Assembly (NCBI GenBank): GCA_039818205.1
Contig: JBCBUK010000009.1
Span: forward strand, 1 to 64,000
From: Verrucomicrobiota bacterium
GTDB taxonomy: Bacteria; Verrucomicrobiota; Verrucomicrobiia; Opitutales; Cerasicoccaceae
Direction: 5' to 3'
DNA length: 64,000 nucleotides
Positions 18,570 to 26,674 of the stretch are shown here, piece after piece; within the stretch, counting starts at the first letter, position 1; the number at the start of each line of letters is the position of its first letter. The position numbers and the translations under genes are program-made. Under the pieces are notes generated by a model. It made no database searches and was not told the DNA's origin. It worked only from the letters and a program-made list of their open reading frames with translations.

Positions 18570-18645
18570 TGGTGGAGCCGATCGGGATCGAACCGACGAC
18601 CTCTTGCATGCCATGCAAGCGCTCTTCCAACTGAGCTACGGCCCC
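18570..18645 (-). tRNA. tRNA-Ala(GGC)
   Basis: Reverse complement GGGGCCGTAGCTCAGTTGGAAGAGCGCTTGCATGGCATGCAAGAGGTCGTCGGTTCGATCCCGATCGGCTCCACCA: 76 nt, GGC anticodon, TTCGA T-loop, encoded CCA. Confidence 0.97.
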
Positions 18646-18689
18646 TTGCTCTTTAAAATCAACGACTTTAAACGTTCGTGACTACCACT

Positions 18690-19007
18690 GCTAGTGGTAA
18701 AAAGAAGGAAGAGTTCTACGTGCGTCTGCTCTGGCGTCAAGCGGGAAAAGGGCATTGTCAGTGGAAAAGTTTACGCGCGGATAGAATCGGCGTGGCCAAC
18801 GATCGCGCACGGTAGGTATCGATGCGGTACGAGACGGAAGAAGAGCCTGGATATTGGATTCGGCCGGCTTGCTTTGTTGCGCAACGAGGACAAACCTATC
18901 AAACGTGGGTGAATTTATCTCAGGGCCTTTCTGTTGGACCTCAAACCGAGAAGGCGGAAACCGCTCACTCAAAAACCATTGCTGCCCAGGCGAGGACCTG
19001 GCTTTAG
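18690..19007 (+). pseudogene. Possible decayed N-terminal fragment of a tyrosine recombinase/integrase
   Basis: Frameshifted pieces GVKREKGIV / WKSLRADRIGVANDR / LKPRR / KTIAAQARTW resemble integrase N-termini. They lie next to a tRNA and an AAATCAACGACTT motif (18656-18668). Confidence 0.35.
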
Positions 19008-19271
19008 TTGTGCTAATTGTAAAAAACCGATGACAGGCTTTTTAATTTAGTGTGAAAACTTAATGGATCTGGGACTTTTGTTAGTGCTAGATTGCCCTAG
19101 TGGGCCCCATGGGCCTTCTATCCGGGCGTGTACCATCCCAATCTATTGTCACATTCCACACTCCTTTATTCTATCGTCAAAATCTTTGGCGATTTCATAG
19201 GTCATTATTCTCTCCGTTTAGGTGTACAATTACGCCAAGTGATTGCAAAAGAGACATTTGCAAATGCTGAA

Positions 19272-22200
19272 ATGGCATCGCCGAACGTGAAGATTTCTGA
19301 TCTATTGCCGTTAAGAACCCAGATACAATGCTGTTGGAAATGGATCTTTGCGTTAGTGTTCCTAATTGGCCTGACAACAGGTGCTTCAGCGACCAAGGAC
19401 TTTAGTCCCACGAAAATCTATCCGCGTTTCGAAATTGGAGTCACGGGTATTGGGGCAACGATCGAGAACCTGGAAATCAAAGTCAGCGACTTGGTCCCGG
19501 GCTCGCCAGCCGCCTCAACAGCCTTGGTCGCAGGCGATATTCTGACATCCGTCAGCGGTAGCAGCTTGAACGTGAGGGACCCGCGGGTCGTCTTGGGTAA
19601 TGCGATTACCGCAGCGGAAGCCACCAATGGGCAGTTGGTGTTCGGGGTTCAGGGCAAGGCCGACGTTACGGTCACCATTCCCGTCATCGGCGCATATGTG
19701 CCGGAATGGCCAAAAGGCAACTGCCCAAAGTCCGCCGCCATCGTGGATGCTTTGGTTGACTACGTGATCGCTAATCAACTCCCCGATGGCTCCTACGACG
19801 TGCCTGGTGGTCCCAACAGTATAGGCGATAGTCTGATCTCCTTGTTCCTGCTTTCAACGGGAGATGACTCCCTATTGCCAAACGTGCAGTTGTATGCACG
19901 ACGAATCGCTGAGTCTTCCGCCAACAGCGCAACCACTAGTAGCTGGGCCCTCGGCTACTTCGGAATTCTGCTGGGCGAGTACTACCTGCGCACCGGCGAT
20001 TCGACAGTCCTACCGGGTCTCCAGGCAATCTGCGACCGTGCCGTTGAGCAACAGATGGCTGGCGGATGGGGACATGGCCAAAATAATAATCCCGGTTATG
20101 TGCAGGGAGGATTGATGAACAATGCAGGAGTGCCTGTTCTGGCCGCATTGATATTTGGTCGCGAATGTGGCCTTAATGTCGATGACGAGCCCTACGAGCG
20201 AGCGCTCAAATTGATGTACCGAATAGCCGGCCATGGTAAGGTTCCCTATGGAGACCACCGCGCCGAATTGGGCGGACCCAACGGTAATGGGCGCGAAGGC
20301 ATGTTGGCCTGTGCCTTTACTCTGTTAGATGACCCTGTTAGCGGAGATGGCCAATACTACCAATCCGCAGCCGTGCATATGGCAATGGTCAACGCCGACT
20401 CCTATTTTCGGCCCGAGGACGGGCATACCGGCGGTGGGTTCAACGTCATGTGGCGAGGAATTTCATCTGCTTTGGTACCAGCCGCAAAAGACATCCATCG
20501 TCAGCGCCAAATGGCAAACCTCTCCTGGTACTATGACCTCAGCCGTAAGCATAGCGGCGGTTTTTCGATCTTGCCGACACCACCCGACAACGGTCGCTAC
20601 TCGGGCTTTAATGAATCCTGGGGTTGTGGCTCCATGGGGTTGACTTACACCGCCACCCGTGGCCATTTGCGGATCACCGGTGCTCCTCGAACGATTTACA
20701 GTGTAGACAATCCTCCGCCGGCTTTCAGCTGGGGCAATGCCATGGACCGTGAGTATCTCAGTATTGAGCACGCGGCAGGATTCGGTGCAGACGATGATGA
20801 CCCGCATGTCTATGACGAGAACCTGGCAGGCAACAACCGATTTTCCACGTCCCTCGATTACTGTGCAAAGTATCTGCGACACTACAATCCTATGACCCGC
20901 AACCGGGCCGCGGAGCTCTTGCGCCAGTTCAATAACTCAGCCGCGTATGCGGTACTTCTAGAAGCGGCGCAGGACCCGGACACCCGCGTTCGCCGGGCGG
21001 CGTTTGATGCACTTGGTGGTTACCGAACTTTTGGGCGACCGATGGCTCGGACGATTCCTGCAAGCGCTATTTCCTCCTCCTTCATGACAGAGATTGAAGC
21101 GACGCTTAACAACCCGGACGCCGCATGGTGGGAGGTCGATGGAGCGCTACTGGCATTAGGTAATGCACTGCCCGAAGATGCCCGCAATAACATCCCGGCA
21201 ATCAAGCAATGGATCGCTACAGACGAACCGTGGTTGCGGGAGTCTGCATTTATTGCCATGGCAGCACTGGGCGAAACGATCACCCCCGAGGAGTTCGGCA
21301 TGCTTACCGATCTCTACGCAGATTCCGTCAATGTTCATATCCGTGGTGCGATGGAACACTATTACGGTCGCGTTCTCAACAGTAACCACAATGCTTTCCA
21401 GTTTGGTCAACGGGGAAAGAGTGCCCGGACTTTCGGCAATAGCTTGCTTACGATCGATACACCTTACGATCCCTGGGTTAATGAGATCATGGAGACAAGC
21501 TACAATATGGAAGCGGCGCAACGCACCATGATCATGCTCGATAAGTTCGATCCGATCGTTTACCGCTATCTGGTTGATGACATCGTTCGTGTTCTTGCCA
21601 ATTGGGAACCGGGTAATCAACACGGTGATTGGATGATGACCGGTGGTAACCGCCAGGATGGTTTCCTGGTTGTTTTGAATGATCACCTGGGAGCTTATGG
21701 ACGACCCGTGGTTGATGAGCTCAATCGAATCCTTGACGAGTACGACTCGTTTGAAAACGGAACGCCGGAGCAAGAGCTGGCTATTCGAAATGCGGTCAAC
21801 CTCTGGGAATCAATCTACGACCCTTATGCATTCCCCGAAGTCATTGGAGAAACCGTATCGCTGACCGCCTACTATGATTTTGAGGGTGACTTTAACGATG
21901 CACCTGGAGCGGGCTCCGACGCCGACAATTTGAGTAATAGTGGCGTTACATTCTCGACCGATGCTGCCCCGGGTGGTGGATCCAATTCGGCATCATTCGA
22001 TGGCAGCTCAAGTCTTTCGACTGCCGGATTCACCGCCGATCTTGGTCCCGCTGATTCTGCATACACGGTCATGTTTTGGATAAAAGCCGCGGATGCCAAC
22101 CAAACCGCGCCCGCAACAACGGTCCTTTCCACCCAAATGAAAGCAGCAGGCGGAAACGCTGCTGAACCCGCCTGGCAGGTCGGCGGATTTGGTAACGATG

Positions 22201-25200
22201 GAACAAATGGCGACGCCATGACGCTTAGTTTCAGCGGCGGAGGCCCCGACGGCACCGGCGATTGGGTTTCGCCTACGGCTACTGGCGCGGTAGCAAACGA
22301 CGGTGGAACGACACGTTGGCGCCACGTCGCTTTTGTGGTTTCGAACTTTGGGCATCCCGATTTCAGTGGCGACGCCTACAGCCGCACCTTTGTCGATGGC
22401 TTTGAGGTCGGCGTTGAGTCCAAGGACAATCCCTGGACCGACCATCCGCTGGCCAACATCGAAGGTGCTCTGGTCATCGGCGGCGATTCATCTCCATTTA
22501 CCGGTTTGCTTGATGACGTGGCTCTTTTCCGCGGTGCGGTGAGCCAAGTGGACATTGCTGCGATCGCGGCTGGCACTCGAAAGCCAAACGATCCTCTCGC
22601 GGGCATTCCGTTGGCAAGCAGCCAACTTGCAGCACTGAGTTTTCCAGTTCCCGAAGCTCCAACGCCTGGAGGCGTTTCCTTCGTTGGCCAAATCAATGAT
22701 GCTTCAGGTCATGTCTATGTCGCCTGGGCACGTTCGGATCAGGGAACGACCGATTTGGATACCTGGGGACAAGCATTGGGCGGCGGCTGGCGAGCACTCG
22801 GCGATAAAACTGCCGGGATCTCATTTGCTGACTTCATTGAAGGCCTGGACGGGGATACTGATTACGTGTTCCGACTCTTTGCGGTGAATGAGAATGGTAG
22901 CTCATGGTCTGACCCGATCAGCTTCCGCACACTTCCTTTCGAGCGGGGCGAAACGCTACAGATTTATATCTGCCTTGGGCAGTCAAATATGGAAGGGCAC
23001 GCGTTTGCGTTTGATACTGAAACCTCGGGAAACTTTAACGTTCCAACCATTGAGTTCCTTATCAGCGGAACTCCCGCGGCGAATATCTACCTGAACAACT
23101 TACCGTTTGGTTTTAAGGATAGTTTGGACGTGAGCTGGTTGAGCCCCCGAGACGACGCCTGGGCGGTTCAGTATGACTCGTCAAATGGCAGGATAAAGGA
23201 CGTCTCGCCAAGCACCGATCCGGCTGACACCTATACCGGAATCGGACCATTGAGTCCTGGCTTCGGCTTCAATCCAAATCTCCTCGGTATGATCGGTCCA
23301 GAGCTGGGCTTTGGCACCCGACTGGGCGATGCCACCGGTGCTCCAGTCTTCCTGTTCAAGTCCAATAAGGGCGGCACAACCTTGGGCAACGACTGGCGAC
23401 CACCGACGGCAGTGGATGCCCGCGGTGGCAGTATCGGAGTCAACTACACGAACACCATGAATCAGTTGATGGGCTTCCTTGATCAGCTCGATGCCGACCT
23501 CGCCGATGATGGTATCCTCAACGACTACAACTATGCAACTGGCTATGAGATCAAGGCACTCTTCTGGCTACAGGGCTTCAACGAACAATTCGACGACGGT
23601 CCCTACACGGGTGAACAGATGAAGGCCGAGTATGATGAGAATCTTCGAGACCTGATTTACTCGATTAGAGCGTCCGATTCGCGTATCCCGAATGATCTGC
23701 CGATCGTCATCGGCGAGTCTTCTGACCAGGATGACGAGCTCAACGCCGCTCGAGTTGCCGCGGTCAATGCCTTGAATCAGGAGATTCCGAACTCTGCCGC
23801 TTACTTTGAATCCAACAATATGATTGGGGTTTACTATGGTGACAATGACGATGGACAGCCATTTACCAACAATGGAGGTTTTCACTTTAACTCGCGGGCA
23901 GAAAACTATCTGGAGATTGGCTGGCTCGCCGGTGGAGCGGTTCTCGGCAACGGCTATCTTGACGTGACGCCCGACTACTATCTTGGGCGTCCCGTCTCCC
24001 TTGTTGTTGAATTCAATCAGGTCGACTTTCGTGTGCCAATTGGTGGCGATGCGGATGTTGTGAAAGTCGTCTGGGGATTGGTCGATCAAGGAGCGAGCAA
24101 CCTGGACGACTGGCCGAACATGGCAACGCTTCCCGCCTGGAATGGTGGTGATGGTAACATGCCGGCGCTGTTGACTGGTCTTACCGAGAATACGAGATTC
24201 TTCTACCGCGTATACGCAGAGAATACGAGTACCGGAGAAAAAGCCTGGTCAGCGTTAGGTCAGGTTATGACTCCATACCAGGATCCGCCGCCAGTGTTCG
24301 GTACGCCAACCATATCAGCGACTCGGGTAACACTCAGCGTTTCTTGTGATTTGTTGGATAGCTTTGCCTCCTCAAGCCAAATCGTCTGGGCCTACGAAGA
24401 CATGGGTGAAACGGACATCAACACGTGGACTTCCGCCCCGGGCGGTGGTGTCTCCCAATCGGGTAGCATTGAGCGGCTGGGAACGCTGAATCACACGGCA
24501 CGAGGCTTGACTCAGAATCAGCACTTCTATGCTCGCATCATTGGGACGAACTATAATGGCATCGGTTGGTCGGAGGTGTTCCGCTTTCGCACGGCGCGTG
24601 GTCCCCGTGATCTTATGCTGACTGCCTACTATGACTTCGAGCCCGATGGTGATCCCTATAATGACCCGGCTGGTGGCTATGCGGATGACCTCACGGGTCG
24701 CTTCAATCCGTTCCTGTCGTCAGAGGTGTCACCCAACGCGAAGGGGAGTACGCAATCGGCCGAATTTGTGGACGGAGACAGCGCGCTCTTCACGGAAGAC
24801 CACACCACGGATCTCGGTCCCGATCCCGATGCCTACACGATCATGTTCTGGATCAAGGCCTCGGACATCAACCAAGAGAACAAACAGACAAGACTGATCA
24901 CCACTCACGTTTATGCCGATCCCGATGGTTCCGGTGAACGCGCTTGGCAGATTGAAGGTTTTGGGAATACCGGTTCCAACGGTACGAAAATGGAACTCCG
25001 CGCGGGTAACGGTACGGGCGACAGACTGTTCTCTCCCGACACGCGCCTTGGACCGATCGGCGCGCTTGCAAACAGCGGGCAGGAGGAAGTCTGGCATCAC
25101 GTTGCTTATGTCGTGTCGAATTCTGGTGATCCGCGAGGAGAGGGCGCCTACGCGCAGACCTTCCTTGATGGAGTTTCCTGTGGAATATCGTCGGAAGAAC

Positions 25201-25784
25201 CTTCTTGGGATGGATTCGATGTATCGAACAAGTTCGGCCAACTCACTATCGGTGGACCGAATGAAACTGCTGACGCCCGTGGCTTCGACGGGCTCCTCGA
25301 CGACATAGCGTTTTTCGCCGGTATTGTTCATGCGGACGAAATTGCCGCCGTGGCGAACGGACTCAAGAGTCCGACCGAGATCTCCCGAGCCCAGGGGGCT
25401 CGCTATGATACCTGGATTGCCCGCTTTGAGGTCGATGGCAGCGTGGCCTTTTTGGACGACCCAGACCAGGACGGTATCAACGGTCTTGACTACGTTCTCG
25501 ACGGTGATCCAACCCAACACGAATCGCATATTACGGAATTCACTGCCTCGGTCTCGGGGCTCTCTTTCGAGCACAAATACAACGCGGATGCAGAAGAGGT
25601 TACTCTCGGTTACGAGTGGTCAACTGACCTCAACGCATTCTATGATTCCGGTGAAACAGTTGATGGGCTAACGGTCACAATAACGTCGATTCAGGACTCC
25701 CCGGTCCCCGGCAGAACTTCAGTAAGCGTGACACCTAACGGGCCCTTCGAAACTCTCTTCGTCCGCGCGACCGTTTCGCAATAA
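19272..25784 (+). CDS. Large secreted multidomain protein: DUF6288-like (PDZ + alpha/alpha barrel), HEAT repeats, LamG x2, FN3-like x3, sialate O-acetylesterase (SGNH/SASA)
   Basis: Signal WKWIFALVFLIGLTTGASA; PDZ-like VPGSPAA..GDILTSV; HEAT DPDTRVRRAAFDALG; LamG YTVMFWIK..WRHVAFV..GLLDDVALF (twice); SASA CLGQSNMEG..GPELGFG..FWLQG..FHF. The ORF is open from 19128; ATG 19272 was chosen as start. Confidence 0.8.
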   Translation: MASPNVKISDLLPLRTQIQCCWKWIFALVFLIGLTTGASATKDFSPTKIYPRFEIGVTGIGATIENLEIKVSDLVPGSPAASTALVAGDILTSVSGSSLNVRDPRVVLGNAITAAEATNGQLVFGVQGKADVTVTIPVIGAYVPEWPKGNCPKSAAIVDALVDYVIANQLPDGSYDVPGGPNSIGDSLISLFLLSTGDDSLLPNVQLYARRIAESSANSATTSSWALGYFGILLGEYYLRTGDSTVLPGLQAICDRAVEQQMAGGWGHGQNNNPGYVQGGLMNNAGVPVLAALIFGRECGLNVDDEPYERALKLMYRIAGHGKVPYGDHRAELGGPNGNGREGMLACAFTLLDDPVSGDGQYYQSAAVHMAMVNADSYFRPEDGHTGGGFNVMWRGISSALVPAAKDIHRQRQMANLSWYYDLSRKHSGGFSILPTPPDNGRYSGFNESWGCGSMGLTYTATRGHLRITGAPRTIYSVDNPPPAFSWGNAMDREYLSIEHAAGFGADDDDPHVYDENLAGNNRFSTSLDYCAKYLRHYNPMTRNRAAELLRQFNNSAAYAVLLEAAQDPDTRVRRAAFDALGGYRTFGRPMARTIPASAISSSFMTEIEATLNNPDAAWWEVDGALLALGNALPEDARNNIPAIKQWIATDEPWLRESAFIAMAALGETITPEEFGMLTDLYADSVNVHIRGAMEHYYGRVLNSNHNAFQFGQRGKSARTFGNSLLTIDTPYDPWVNEIMETSYNMEAAQRTMIMLDKFDPIVYRYLVDDIVRVLANWEPGNQHGDWMMTGGNRQDGFLVVLNDHLGAYGRPVVDELNRILDEYDSFENGTPEQELAIRNAVNLWESIYDPYAFPEVIGETVSLTAYYDFEGDFNDAPGAGSDADNLSNSGVTFSTDAAPGGGSNSASFDGSSSLSTAGFTADLGPADSAYTVMFWIKAADANQTAPATTVLSTQMKAAGGNAAEPAWQVGGFGNDGTNGDAMTLSFSGGGPDGTGDWVSPTATGAVANDGGTTRWRHVAFVVSNFGHPDFSGDAYSRTFVDGFEVGVESKDNPWTDHPLANIEGALVIGGDSSPFTGLLDDVALFRGAVSQVDIAAIAAGTRKPNDPLAGIPLASSQLAALSFPVPEAPTPGGVSFVGQINDASGHVYVAWARSDQGTTDLDTWGQALGGGWRALGDKTAGISFADFIEGLDGDTDYVFRLFAVNENGSSWSDPISFRTLPFERGETLQIYICLGQSNMEGHAFAFDTETSGNFNVPTIEFLISGTPAANIYLNNLPFGFKDSLDVSWLSPRDDAWAVQYDSSNGRIKDVSPSTDPADTYTGIGPLSPGFGFNPNLLGMIGPELGFGTRLGDATGAPVFLFKSNKGGTTLGNDWRPPTAVDARGGSIGVNYTNTMNQLMGFLDQLDADLADDGILNDYNYATGYEIKALFWLQGFNEQFDDGPYTGEQMKAEYDENLRDLIYSIRASDSRIPNDLPIVIGESSDQDDELNAARVAAVNALNQEIPNSAAYFESNNMIGVYYGDNDDGQPFTNNGGFHFNSRAENYLEIGWLAGGAVLGNGYLDVTPDYYLGRPVSLVVEFNQVDFRVPIGGDADVVKVVWGLVDQGASNLDDWPNMATLPAWNGGDGNMPALLTGLTENTRFFYRVYAENTSTGEKAWSALGQVMTPYQDPPPVFGTPTISATRVTLSVSCDLLDSFASSSQIVWAYEDMGETDINTWTSAPGGGVSQSGSIERLGTLNHTARGLTQNQHFYARIIGTNYNGIGWSEVFRFRTARGPRDLMLTAYYDFEPDGDPYNDPAGGYADDLTGRFNPFLSSEVSPNAKGSTQSAEFVDGDSALFTEDHTTDLGPDPDAYTIMFWIKASDINQENKQTRLITTHVYADPDGSGERAWQIEGFGNTGSNGTKMELRAGNGTGDRLFSPDTRLGPIGALANSGQEEVWHHVAYVVSNSGDPRGEGAYAQTFLDGVSCGISSEEPSWDGFDVSNKFGQLTIGGPNETADARGFDGLLDDIAFFAGIVHADEIAAVANGLKSPTEISRAQGARYDTWIARFEVDGSVAFLDDPDQDGINGLDYVLDGDPTQHESHITEFTASVSGLSFEHKYNADAEEVTLGYEWSTDLNAFYDSGETVDGLTVTITSIQDSPVPGRTSVSVTPNGPFETLFVRATVSQ

Positions 25785-25923
25785 TTCAGCGAACCGTTTA
25801 GCTTAGCATTCCACTTCCACATGGTTGTGGAATGCACTTGTTTGCCTAGATTTCTCCACCCCGCGTTGCCGGGTGTTTTGATCCATCCATGGTTGGTGTG
25901 ATCGAGCCGGGAGGATTGGCAGG

Positions 25924-26508
25924 TTAACGGGTTGCCTGGCGCTTGCGCCGCGCGCGTTGAATACCCACACCCGCTGCGAGGGTTGCGAGGCCCGCGAGCG
26001 CAATCGTAGTCGATGTTTCCGGAACTGGTGTGATCGCGACGTTCTGCCCGTTGATGATACCTTGCCCAGGAATGTTGTTATACGCGCCCGCGAGGAGAAC
26101 AACCGGAGGCCCAAAGGCTGCGACGTCGATTCGTACCCAGCCTAGTTCATTAGATGCGGTGCGGAACCCAAAGGTCAGAGTCCCGTAGGAGGAACTGAAC
26201 GATTGAATGAGGCGAGAGGCCAGGCCGCTGGTAATCGAGGCTCCCGAACCAAGAAACGGGCTGCCCAAAAAGACTCCGCCTCCTTGGGCCTGAAATTGTG
26301 GGCCTGAAAAACCATTTAAGACTCGAATGGAGAAAACCGTACCGCCTGCATCGGTCAAGCCGATCGTTGCGTTGGACCCGAAGGCAACCGAAGCCGTCGT
26401 GAAGTTTAAGCTGACAATGGCACCAGACGCGGGAAGCCCGGCGAATCCGAGAGTCGAAAGAGCGGCGCCGAATTTCACCGATCTAGATAGTGGTCTGTCT
26501 TCAGTCAT
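25924..26508 (-). CDS. Small PEP-CTERM-type surface protein
   Basis: Signal peptide (..GLPASGAIV); C-terminal PVPETSTTIALAGLATLAAGVGIQRARRKR. Confidence 0.8.
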   Translation of the reverse strand: MTEDRPLSRSVKFGAALSTLGFAGLPASGAIVSLNFTTASVAFGSNATIGLTDAGGTVFSIRVLNGFSGPQFQAQGGGVFLGSPFLGSGASITSGLASRLIQSFSSSYGTLTFGFRTASNELGWVRIDVAAFGPPVVLLAGAYNNIPGQGIINGQNVAITPVPETSTTIALAGLATLAAGVGIQRARRKRQATR

Positions 26509-26674
26509 AATGTGAGTGGATTTCTTTGGCAGCTTGCGAGGCCTTCTGTGTATGGCAATCTAATTTATTCCCAGAGTTGAATCAGAGGCGAGGGGGCTAG
26601 CGATTGATTCCATGCGCCTCGCGACGGGAAATCACTTATGGCGCTAATCCGGGCTGCTACGACGGTAGCAATAC

